DNA of 64,000 bases from the NCBI GenBank assembly GCA_016866335.1, contig VGMT01000008.1:12049-76048 (forward strand), in the 5' to 3' direction. A program made the position numbers and the translations under genes. Positions 9,718 through 17,713 of the stretch are shown here, one piece after another. Positions within the stretch are counted from its first letter, which is position 1. Every line of letters starts with the position of its first letter. This DNA is from Bacteroidota bacterium. GTDB taxonomy: Bacteria; Bacteroidota; Bacteroidia; CAIKAF01. The notes below the pieces were generated by a model, which saw only the letters and a list, made by a program, of their open reading frames with translations, had not been told where the DNA came from and made no database searches.

Positions 9718-10667
9718 ACCGCAGAACATTTATTAGAACGGCCGGTATTGCAAGCCTAGGAATTGGATCGGCTGGAAAGGCCATTGGCAAGGAGTTTCTT
9801 TTTAAAACCAATGCCGCCGAAAATGGGCTTAAACGGCTGGTCATTTTGCATACAAACGATATGCACAGCCATTTGGAACCGTTTTCGGAAACAGATCCCA
9901 AATATGCTGGGCAGGGAGGTATGGCCCGAAGGGCATCATTGATAAAACAAATTAGAGCCGAAGGACATTCAACCTTGTTGTTGGATGCAGGTGATGTTTT
10001 TCAGGGCACGCCTTATTTCAATTTGTTTAAGGGGGAGCCAGAGTTTAAAATGATGTCGGCGATGGGTTACGATGTCGGAACCCTAGGAAATCATGATTTC
10101 GACAATGGAATCGAGGGCTTGGTTGATATGATGCGTTATGCCCAATTTCCCTTCGTAAATGCAAATTACCTCTTATCGGATACTCAACTTGAGGGGAAAG
10201 TTAAGCCCTATACCATTATTCAAAAAGAAAGCTTGAAAATTGGGGTTGTAGGAGTAGGTGTTGACCTTCAAGGCCTAGTTAGTCCATCCTTAGTGGGAAA
10301 GGTAAGGTATTCCAATCCAATTCCTGTAGCTCAGGAACTGGCAAATCGGTTAAAATTTGATTTCGGCTGCCACTACATTATTTTGTTGTCGCATTTGGGC
10401 TATTCCTATAAAGGAAATCAGGTATCTGATCTTGTTTTGGCAGAACAAACCGAGAACATAGATTTAATTGTGGGCGGCCATACCCACACCTTTTTGGAAA
10501 AACCAACCTTGATTAAAAACCAGAAAAATCAAGCTGTTTTAGTAAGTCAGGCCGGCTGGGCTGGTTTACTTTTAGGCCGAATTGATGTTTATTTTAGCCC
10601 AAAAGGACATGCCAAGGGCTTTGAATCTTCAATGAATGAAATTTCCAAAAAAACAATAGGCATTTAA
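9714..10667 (+). CDS. metallophosphatase / 5'-nucleotidase N-terminal catalytic domain protein, Tat-secreted
   Basis: A twin-arginine signal MNRRTFIRTAGIASLGIGSAG is present. Calcineurin-like motifs HTNDMHS, GDVFQG and GNHDFD are also present. Confidence 0.7.
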   Translation: MNRRTFIRTAGIASLGIGSAGKAIGKEFLFKTNAAENGLKRLVILHTNDMHSHLEPFSETDPKYAGQGGMARRASLIKQIRAEGHSTLLLDAGDVFQGTPYFNLFKGEPEFKMMSAMGYDVGTLGNHDFDNGIEGLVDMMRYAQFPFVNANYLLSDTQLEGKVKPYTIIQKESLKIGVVGVGVDLQGLVSPSLVGKVRYSNPIPVAQELANRLKFDFGCHYIILLSHLGYSYKGNQVSDLVLAEQTENIDLIVGGHTHTFLEKPTLIKNQKNQAVLVSQAGWAGLLLGRIDVYFSPKGHAKGFESSMNEISKKTIGI

Positions 10668-10718
10668 TTTTTTTTTACATTATTTTCTATCAATATTTGC
10701 ATATAAATTCGGTAAGAA

Positions 10719-10760
10719 CAACTGACAAGGCTAAAACCCCTTCAGTTTGTTTGTCAGTTG
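10719..10760. promoter_or_regulatory. perfect 10-bp inverted repeat (CAACTGACAA ...22 nt... TTGTCAGTTG) in the dnaA upstream region
   Basis: Read directly from the sequence. It lies 32 nt upstream of the dnaA ATG in an AT-rich gap, and the loop is too large for a classic terminator. Confidence 0.35.
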
Positions 10761-10791
10761 TTTGCTCGAATACAATTATTGCTATTAAACG

Positions 10792-12225
10792 ATGTCAGAG
10801 AATCTTCAAGAGGTATGGGAAAGCTGTCTAAAAGTGATTAAGGACAATGTAAGTCCTCAAAGCTTTCAGACATGGTTTGCTCCCATTGTTCCTCTAAAAT
10901 TGGAGAATCAAGTTCTGACCATCCAAGTGCCCTCTCAGTTTTTTTACGAATGGTTGGAAGAGCATTATATTACTCTTTTAAAACATACTGTTCGAAAAAC
11001 CGTTGGAGCGAATGGACGACTGGAGTATTCCATTATTATGGAAAACAGCTACCATTCTGAACGGCCACATACCATTCAAATACCTACCTCCGAAACTCGG
11101 GCTATAAAGAATCCAGCCATTAGTATGCCACTGGAAACCTCGGGTGAACATTCCATTCGAAATCCATTTGTGATTCCGGGGCTCAAAAAAATGCACATTG
11201 AGTCAAATCTGAATCCCAACCACAGCTTTGACAACTTTATTGAAGGAGATTGCAACCGCTTGGCAAGGTCGGCTGGTTACGCCGTTGCCAAAAATCCGGG
11301 TGGAACTTCCTTTAACCCCTTGCTTATTTATGGTGGAACTGGGCTAGGCAAAACACACCTTTCCCATGCCATAGGAATTGAAATTAAACGAATGTTCCCG
11401 AACAAAACCGTGCTCTATGTTCCGGCTGAAAAATTCACCACCCAGTTTATTGACTCGGTAAAAAACAACACGTCGTCCGACTTCGTCAATTTTTACCAAT
11501 TGATGGATGTTTTGATTCTAGATGATGTACATATTTTGGGCGGAAAGGAAAAAACCCAAGATGTTTTCTTCCATATTTTCAACCATTTGCACCAAAGTGG
11601 CAAGCAAATTATCTTAACATCAGACAAAGCTCCCGTTGACCTACAAGGAATGGAGCAACGCTTGCTTTCAAGATTTAAATGGGGATTATCGGCCGATTTG
11701 CAAGTCCCAGAATTGGAAACGCGGATTGCCATTTTGCATAAAAAATTGTACAACGACGGAATCGTTCTTCCCGATGATGTAATTGAATACCTTGCCTACT
11801 CCATCAACACCAATGTTCGTGAGTTAGAGGGGGCCTTGATTTCATTGATTGCTCAGTCCTCTTTAAACCGGAAAGAAATCAACATCGATTTGGCTCGAAG
11901 GATGATTGATAAGTTTGTCCGAAACAATGCCCGTGAAATTTCAATTGAGTTTATTCAAAAGGTTGTTTGCGATTATTTTGAACTGCCCATTGACCTTATG
12001 AAATCCAAAAGCCGGAAACGCGAAGTGGTTCAGGCAAGGCAAATTGCGATGTTCTTTTCTAAGCAGTTTACAAAATCCTCTCTTGCCAATATTGGTGCCC
12101 AATGCGGAGGAAAAGACCACGCAACTGTTTTACATGCCTGCAAAACGGTGAACAACCTCATTGAAACCGACAAGCAATTCAAGGCCTATGTGGACGAACT
12201 GGAAAAGAAAATCAATATTCAGTAA
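10792..12225 (+). CDS. dnaA: chromosomal replication initiator protein DnaA
   Basis: The AAA+ Walker A GGTGLGKTHL, box VII and a C-terminal DNA-binding domain (KSRKREVVQARQIAMF) are present. Confidence 0.9.
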   Translation: MSENLQEVWESCLKVIKDNVSPQSFQTWFAPIVPLKLENQVLTIQVPSQFFYEWLEEHYITLLKHTVRKTVGANGRLEYSIIMENSYHSERPHTIQIPTSETRAIKNPAISMPLETSGEHSIRNPFVIPGLKKMHIESNLNPNHSFDNFIEGDCNRLARSAGYAVAKNPGGTSFNPLLIYGGTGLGKTHLSHAIGIEIKRMFPNKTVLYVPAEKFTTQFIDSVKNNTSSDFVNFYQLMDVLILDDVHILGGKEKTQDVFFHIFNHLHQSGKQIILTSDKAPVDLQGMEQRLLSRFKWGLSADLQVPELETRIAILHKKLYNDGIVLPDDVIEYLAYSINTNVRELEGALISLIAQSSLNRKEINIDLARRMIDKFVRNNAREISIEFIQKVVCDYFELPIDLMKSKSRKREVVQARQIAMFFSKQFTKSSLANIGAQCGGKDHATVLHACKTVNNLIETDKQFKAYVDELEKKINIQ

Positions 12226-12332
12226 GGCAATCTGATTTATTTCTTCAGGGCTTCCTTCCATTCAATTTTATCAACAAATTTCAACCTACTAACCGTTCAT
12301 CAAGGCATTTCTAAACCTTGAACAAACCCAGA

Positions 12333-14657
12333 TTAGGTTTCCGAGATTGGGTTTGATTTTCCATCCTTTAGTTTGAACAAGGTGGGCAACAAAATCAAAT
12401 CGCCCATTAAAGCTACAACCATCACAAAGGCGGTAAGCAAGCCAATCAAACGGGTAGCCATAAAACTAGACAAGGAAAGCACCAAGAAACCCGAACATAA
12501 AATAATGGACGTAATAACAATGGGTTTTCCTGAATAAACAAAGGCATTCGGTATGGCTTCAGACATAGGAAGCCCCTTTTTGCGTTCCACCCGAAGTTGG
12601 GCCAAGAAATGAATGGTATCGTCGACGGCAATTCCGAAGGCAATGGTGAACAATACAGCCGTAGAAATTTTCATTGAAATTCCTAAAAAGCCCATCAAAC
12701 CTGCCAGGGCAAGCAGGGGCAGAATATTGGGCAACAATGAAATGAAAACAATTTTAACCGACCTAAATAGGTAATACACAATTCCCATTATAAAGAGGAA
12801 AGAAATCAAGAGCCCTTGGCCTATATTTAGAGCCAAATTGCGGTTGTTTTTATCAATCAATTCGGCTGTACCGGTTAAGGTAACGCGAATGGGGCTATTC
12901 CCAATAATTTTTTTCAACGCAGGTTCAATTTGCCTCCTAAGCTCAAAGGCGCGCTTACTTCCGATGTCCTTGAAAAGTCCTTTCATTCTGGCCGAACGTA
13001 AATCGGAGCTGAGGTAGGCGTTTAATTTTCCTCCGTTTTCTAAAATCCGAATTTCCCGAACAATTTGCCTTAAACGCGCGGAAGATTTCGGTAATTCATA
13101 GGCATCGGGCATACCTCCGCTCAACGCTCTGTTTCCTATTTTGACCATGGCAACGGGCGAAAAAACGAATCCAGTTTGATAGTAGAAGCGCAGGGTGTCT
13201 TCCATTTGCTCCATTTTTGCCAAAACCACTGGATCAAACAAATCTAGGCTAGAATCGGTGATTTCAACAGCTACCTCTAAAGGCCGCGTACCCTGAAAAC
13301 GCTCACCAAAAAAAGCGAAGTCTTGACTAATTTTAGAATCCCTTGCCAAGTCTTCCAGCAATAGGGTGTTCTCCCTGACCTGAAGGGCTCCAATCAAAGT
13401 AAAAAGAGTAATCAAGCTACATACTATCCAAATGGCCCTTCTGCGCTGTAAAATAATCTGGATAAGTCTGGCAAAAAAATCCGTCCATTCCACCGATTTT
13501 CCTGGCTTAAATCGATGCCCAAATAGAATAAAGAAAGCGGGCAGGTAGGTCAAAGACAAAAGGTACGCGATTCCAACCCCTGCTGCCGTATACAAGCCAA
13601 AATCATCGATGGGATCAATGCCTGAACTGGCCAAGGAACCAAAACCAACCATGGTGGTCAAGGTGGTAAACAGGTTGGCTAGGCCAATGTTTTTAATCGT
13701 GGTTGAAGTCGCTTCCTCGACAGTACTTCCATTGGCACGTTCTTTCAAAAATTTAGTCAAAGAATGAATGGTAACCGAAAGGCCTACAACAACCAAAATG
13801 GTGGGTATTGCACTAGCCATTACATCCATGGACTTGCCGGTTACCTCCATAAAACCCAGGGTAATGGCAACGGCCAATAACACCATAGATAAGGGAGCTG
13901 AAATGGCCACCCATGAACGGTACATCAAAAATAAAATGGTAACCATCAGCACAAAAGCGATGCCTAAAAACAAAACGAGTTCGCCCTGAATAAGGTCAAT
14001 GTAAAAAGCCTGCCCAACACAACGACCTGCAACATGGTATTCATCAAAACCCAAAGATGCAACCAAGGCGTTGACCTGAGCTGATAAAGGTCCGCAAGCC
14101 GTATCACCAATGTAGGGAGTATGGTCTAGAATCAAACACACCGACTTTCCGTCCTTTGAAAACATACTGCCATAGTATTCAGGAGTTTGTGTCAAGGCAA
14201 TTGAATCATCGGCCCTAAATTCTGGATTTTGCCAACGTAGGTACGGCATTTCTACACCAAATCCCATGAGCGGGTCTCGAACCATTGAACGGATGTTTGT
14301 GGGTGAAACCACCTTTTCAACAAACCGTATTTTGTGCAAGGAATCGGTTAAAATACTGACCTTTTTAAGAAAAGCTGGGTCGTAAACTGAACCTGTTTTT
14401 TGATGAAGTCCAATTAAGATGAAATCGTTATCGGACCCAAATTTCTTGCGAAACTCTTGAAAAAAAGCTGTTTCTGGGTCTTTCTTTGGAAAAAAGGCTT
14501 CAAAGTCGTAGTTGTATTCCACCAACACAGCCCGCCAAATGCTAAACCCCGCCAGCAATATGCTGAGAATTAGAATGATTTTCGCCTTTAGCGGGGTTAA
14601 TTTCATAGGGTGCAAAGGTGTAAAATATACACCAAAGTTGAAACCCCAAATCAACAA
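12333..14657 (-). CDS. MMPL/RND-superfamily exporter (SSD-type membrane transporter)
   Basis: Two 6-TM bundles are each preceded by a large periplasmic loop (HpnN/MMPL architecture). The likely start is an internal Met MKLTPLKAK at 14606. It lies directly downstream of the AAA ATPase gene. Confidence 0.72.
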   Translation of the reverse strand: MLIWGFNFGVYFTPLHPMKLTPLKAKIILILSILLAGFSIWRAVLVEYNYDFEAFFPKKDPETAFFQEFRKKFGSDNDFILIGLHQKTGSVYDPAFLKKVSILTDSLHKIRFVEKVVSPTNIRSMVRDPLMGFGVEMPYLRWQNPEFRADDSIALTQTPEYYGSMFSKDGKSVCLILDHTPYIGDTACGPLSAQVNALVASLGFDEYHVAGRCVGQAFYIDLIQGELVLFLGIAFVLMVTILFLMYRSWVAISAPLSMVLLAVAITLGFMEVTGKSMDVMASAIPTILVVVGLSVTIHSLTKFLKERANGSTVEEATSTTIKNIGLANLFTTLTTMVGFGSLASSGIDPIDDFGLYTAAGVGIAYLLSLTYLPAFFILFGHRFKPGKSVEWTDFFARLIQIILQRRRAIWIVCSLITLFTLIGALQVRENTLLLEDLARDSKISQDFAFFGERFQGTRPLEVAVEITDSSLDLFDPVVLAKMEQMEDTLRFYYQTGFVFSPVAMVKIGNRALSGGMPDAYELPKSSARLRQIVREIRILENGGKLNAYLSSDLRSARMKGLFKDIGSKRAFELRRQIEPALKKIIGNSPIRVTLTGTAELIDKNNRNLALNIGQGLLISFLFIMGIVYYLFRSVKIVFISLLPNILPLLALAGLMGFLGISMKISTAVLFTIAFGIAVDDTIHFLAQLRVERKKGLPMSEAIPNAFVYSGKPIVITSIILCSGFLVLSLSSFMATRLIGLLTAFVMVVALMGDLILLPTLFKLKDGKSNPISET

Positions 14658-14660
14658 AAA

Positions 14661-16349
14661 CTATTTATGAAAGCCAACCTTAAAGGTTGAGGTTATGGCC
14701 TTGTTTTCTGCCCTCATAAAATTTCTGAAATCCGAGACCGAAAAGGCCGTTTGCTTATTCAGGATTTGCTTAAGCAACCATCGTTTTTTGAACAAGGCCA
14801 AATCTGCTCCCGTAAAAATAAAATCTTGGGCTAACGATTCGCAGGTCCCTTTGGCAATATCGGGAAAGAAATAATGAATCATTTTTTGCCGAACTTCAGC
14901 TGGGGGTATTCCCAGCTCAATTTTATACAAGAATCGGCGTTCAAAAGCAGAGTCCATGGCATAGGGCCGATTGGTTGTGGCCACCAAAATCCCATGGAAT
15001 TGTTCCAGGTGTTGAAGCAAAATCGTTTGCATGGCGTTTTCGGTAGCCATCAGATTTCCATCAAAAGAATCGCGTTGTTGAAATACGGCATCGGCTTCAT
15101 TAAAAACCAAAATGGGAGCATGGGCTTGTTCCTTAAGCATTTGTCGGTATTCGGTAAAAACCGAGTCCAAATTCTTTTCGCTTTGGCCGTACCATTTATC
15201 GCGTTGTTGAGCAACATCAAAAAAAACAAGGTCGCGTTTCGTTTCACGGGCCCACTGTTTAATGGTTTCGGTTTTCCCGGTTCCCGGTGGACCGTACAGC
15301 AGAACGGTAAGACCGGGCGCCTCGCCTGCCTGAACCATTTGCTTGTTAAACCGAGCAAAGGCCGATTTGCGCGTTAAGCGCTTAAGGTCATTCAACGTTT
15401 CCTCGGCATGAGGGTTTAAAAAAAGGCATTTTGGGGTCAATTCAGCATGTTGGATTTTTTGAACGGGACTTTGCACGGGCTCTGAAAAATCGTGAATCCT
15501 TGTGTACCTCTTTTCTATTGGTTTAGGATTCGATGCCGTAAAACGAAGTAAAAAATCGGAGTCGGTGCTGCTTTCTATGCAGACCAGACCTGCCTTTATT
15601 AAAGCATGAGATTCACTAAAAACCGAGTGGCGAAAGGCCGTAATATCTATGGGATGCTTGCAAAACAAGCGCGCTATCAACTTTAACGGATAGGAATGGC
15701 ACTCCACATGATCGAGTAAAGCAAAAAACAAGGCCAAGGCATGTTCGGATTTATCCACCTTTGACTCCAGGATTCGAGAAAACGGGGCGGCTGTAGCCTG
15801 GCTTAAAAAACCATGGCTAAATTGCTCCCAATCTTCCAGCGTCATCAATTGATTGCGAAAACAAACAGATTTGACATAGGCCTGAAGGACTTCCCTTTTG
15901 CATGGGTTTTCTGGCGCAAAGGGCAGGGCATCTTTTCGATTGAATTTAAGGGCTGCTTCGGCCGAGGCAGACAGGCAAATAACATCGGGGCGCTCCAAGG
16001 AATTCGCTGGAAACAACTGCAAAAATCCCTTTTCCAATAAGCCCTCCATACCAAAACAAAGATCATTGGGGAGCATGCTTAGATCGGCCTCCTCTGCAAA
16101 CCGATTTAAATACAAATCGCCACGGCGCTGCCGAATACCACAATAGGCTGAAAGCACTTGAGCCTCTGACAAGGTAATTTGACAGAATTCGGCCAAATTT
16201 ACCATAGCCTCCTCTACATTCTCAATAGAGGCATCGGGCAAAACGGACGTAGAAACAGGCTGGGGATTGTCCCAACGTTGCAACCAATTTATGGACATAG
16301 GAGAAAAATTTTTACGAAGTTCCGAAACAGCAATGCAGACAATTTGCAC
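14661..16349 (-). CDS. AAA+ ATPase with uncharacterised ~330-aa N-terminal domain
   Basis: The C-terminal classic-clade AAA module has Walker A LLYGPPGTGKT and SRH TTNRPYAMDSAFERRF. The Walker B motif reads ILVFNEAD, that is NE rather than DE. The ORF-track start is GTG, and an alternative ATG (MSINWLQ) lies at 16298. Confidence 0.72.
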   Translation of the reverse strand: MQIVCIAVSELRKNFSPMSINWLQRWDNPQPVSTSVLPDASIENVEEAMVNLAEFCQITLSEAQVLSAYCGIRQRRGDLYLNRFAEEADLSMLPNDLCFGMEGLLEKGFLQLFPANSLERPDVICLSASAEAALKFNRKDALPFAPENPCKREVLQAYVKSVCFRNQLMTLEDWEQFSHGFLSQATAAPFSRILESKVDKSEHALALFFALLDHVECHSYPLKLIARLFCKHPIDITAFRHSVFSESHALIKAGLVCIESSTDSDFLLRFTASNPKPIEKRYTRIHDFSEPVQSPVQKIQHAELTPKCLFLNPHAEETLNDLKRLTRKSAFARFNKQMVQAGEAPGLTVLLYGPPGTGKTETIKQWARETKRDLVFFDVAQQRDKWYGQSEKNLDSVFTEYRQMLKEQAHAPILVFNEADAVFQQRDSFDGNLMATENAMQTILLQHLEQFHGILVATTNRPYAMDSAFERRFLYKIELGIPPAEVRQKMIHYFFPDIAKGTCESLAQDFIFTGADLALFKKRWLLKQILNKQTAFSVSDFRNFMRAENKAITSTFKVGFHK

Positions 16350-16384
16350 AGTTGAATTGCCAAACTTTTTTGCACCTTTAAGGC

Positions 16385-17494
16385 ATGGAGAAACTCAACA
16401 GCAAAACCGAACGCATACGTTGCATTTGTGATTTTCTTGACCGGGGCGGAGGCTCCTTAGTAGAGATGCAAAACGCTGTAAACCAAAACCTTGAAGACAA
16501 GGGGCTTGCAACCATAGAGGTACGGAGCCTCAGGTACTCATTAAGGCAACTCAAAGACGGCGACTTTGAACATAGCCTTAGTCATTTGCCAGAATCAGAG
16601 CGCAAAAATTTATTCAACTGGGAATACCATAGAGGGACGTACCGCTGGGCAGAAAGCAGTTTAAAGCCAGAGTTTGGAGACTTGGAAGAAGAAGAGCGAA
16701 GTACCCTACCCTTTTTGATGGGCATTCTAAAAAGGTACGAAACCTTGCCCGCCGTTCGGCGTATTTTGGGGCAATTGGTTGAACATTACCGGTTGAATGA
16801 AGACGATTTAGAGGGAGCATCGGCTGTATTTCACAGTGCACCCACTCTGTATGTTCAAGGCCACGGGAAGGCCTCAGAGAAAAATGTGGTGGAACTGGCA
16901 ATACAACTTTTAGGGCATATTCGAAAAGAAGAGGTCATTGAATTCAATTACAGCTCAGTGGCTTTTGTGAAATCTGACCTAAACACACTGAATTACCATA
17001 CAGTAATGCCCCTTCAAATTCGATTGTACGACAATTTGTATTACCTCAGTGCGGTTCCCCTGAACGAAAACCACCTGCTTACATTTAGAATTGACCAAAT
17101 TCATGGATTAAGGGTGGATATCGGCAGCGATGAAAACGAAAATCCGATCCATTTCGACCGAAAAAAAGTGGAGAAAAAAATGGGGCTGCGCAGCCATTTC
17201 AAGCATGTTCTTGGGGTATGGAACCATGCAGCAGAAGACCAGGTGCACGATATACGGGTAGAGTTTTTTGGTTGGGCCGCCTCCTATGCAAAGCGTTTGC
17301 AGTTTCACCCAACTCAAACCTTAATACATACCAATGTTAGCAACAACAGCTTGGTTTTCTCATTCAAATTGAAACTAAAACCCGAAGAATTTCCAAACCA
17401 ACCTGCCGAGGAGCGTTCGCCAGAATTGTCGTTTTTTTTAGGCCGGTTTCGAAGGTTTGCCAGGGTACTTAGCTTTGAAGCCCTGAGGGGTTAA
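16385..17494 (+). CDS. HTH-WYL-WCX transcriptional regulator (YafY/BrxR/CapW/PafBC-like)
   Basis: The N-terminal HTH is RIRCICDFLDRGGGSLVEMQNAV. The central WYL motif is YDNLYYLSAVPLNENHLLTFRIDQIHGLRV, matching the pattern WYL..a...R.FRldRI. A C-terminal WCX-like segment VRVEFFGWAASY is present. The gene is divergent from the AAA ATPase gene. Confidence 0.62.
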   Translation: MEKLNSKTERIRCICDFLDRGGGSLVEMQNAVNQNLEDKGLATIEVRSLRYSLRQLKDGDFEHSLSHLPESERKNLFNWEYHRGTYRWAESSLKPEFGDLEEEERSTLPFLMGILKRYETLPAVRRILGQLVEHYRLNEDDLEGASAVFHSAPTLYVQGHGKASEKNVVELAIQLLGHIRKEEVIEFNYSSVAFVKSDLNTLNYHTVMPLQIRLYDNLYYLSAVPLNENHLLTFRIDQIHGLRVDIGSDENENPIHFDRKKVEKKMGLRSHFKHVLGVWNHAAEDQVHDIRVEFFGWAASYAKRLQFHPTQTLIHTNVSNNSLVFSFKLKLKPEEFPNQPAEERSPELSFFLGRFRRFARVLSFEALRG

Positions 17495-17520
17495 ATTCCA
17501 CTTTCTGGCAAAAAACCAGC

Positions 17521-17690
17521 GTAGGCCTGCGCCCCCGATGGCAGCGGCAGCGACCGAAGTCGGTGCCATGGCTTGCCGCCCCGCGGAGGCGACCTTGGGA
17601 GCCCACGCAGGGGCCAGCAAGCCGCAGCACCGGCAAGGGCGCTACAGCGAACAGCGGGAATAGGCGCCCAAAAAAATCCCTGAAAGCACA
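17521..17690 (-). repeat. GC-rich long-hairpin intergenic element, copy C (inverted orientation, diverged)
   Basis: It shares GGGCTCCCAAGGTCGCCTCCGCGG and GCTTTCAGGG (as reverse complement) with copies at 20197 and 32455. GC is about 65% against a roughly 40% background, and it lies between the WYL gene stop and the ctpA start. Confidence 0.55.
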
Positions 17691-17713
17691 ACACATTTCC
17701 CTACTTTTACGTT

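Noticed and set aside
10668-10791. oriC with a DnaA-box cluster immediately upstream of dnaA.
   Set aside because: No TTATCCACA/TGTGGATAA-like 9-mers were found by eye in this gap. Only an AT-rich stretch and one inverted repeat are present. The origin may lie elsewhere, which is common in Bacteroidota.
12226-12332. Rho-independent terminator between convergent dnaA and the MMPL gene.
   Set aside because: Only imperfect short complementarity (ACCCAGATTAGG / CCGAGATTGGGT) with no T-tract. This is not convincing.
14874-15377. 167-aa + strand ORF (and the 102-aa ORF at 15050-15358).
   Set aside because: They are antisense within the AAA+ ATPase gene, whose Walker A/SRH motifs confirm the minus-strand frame.
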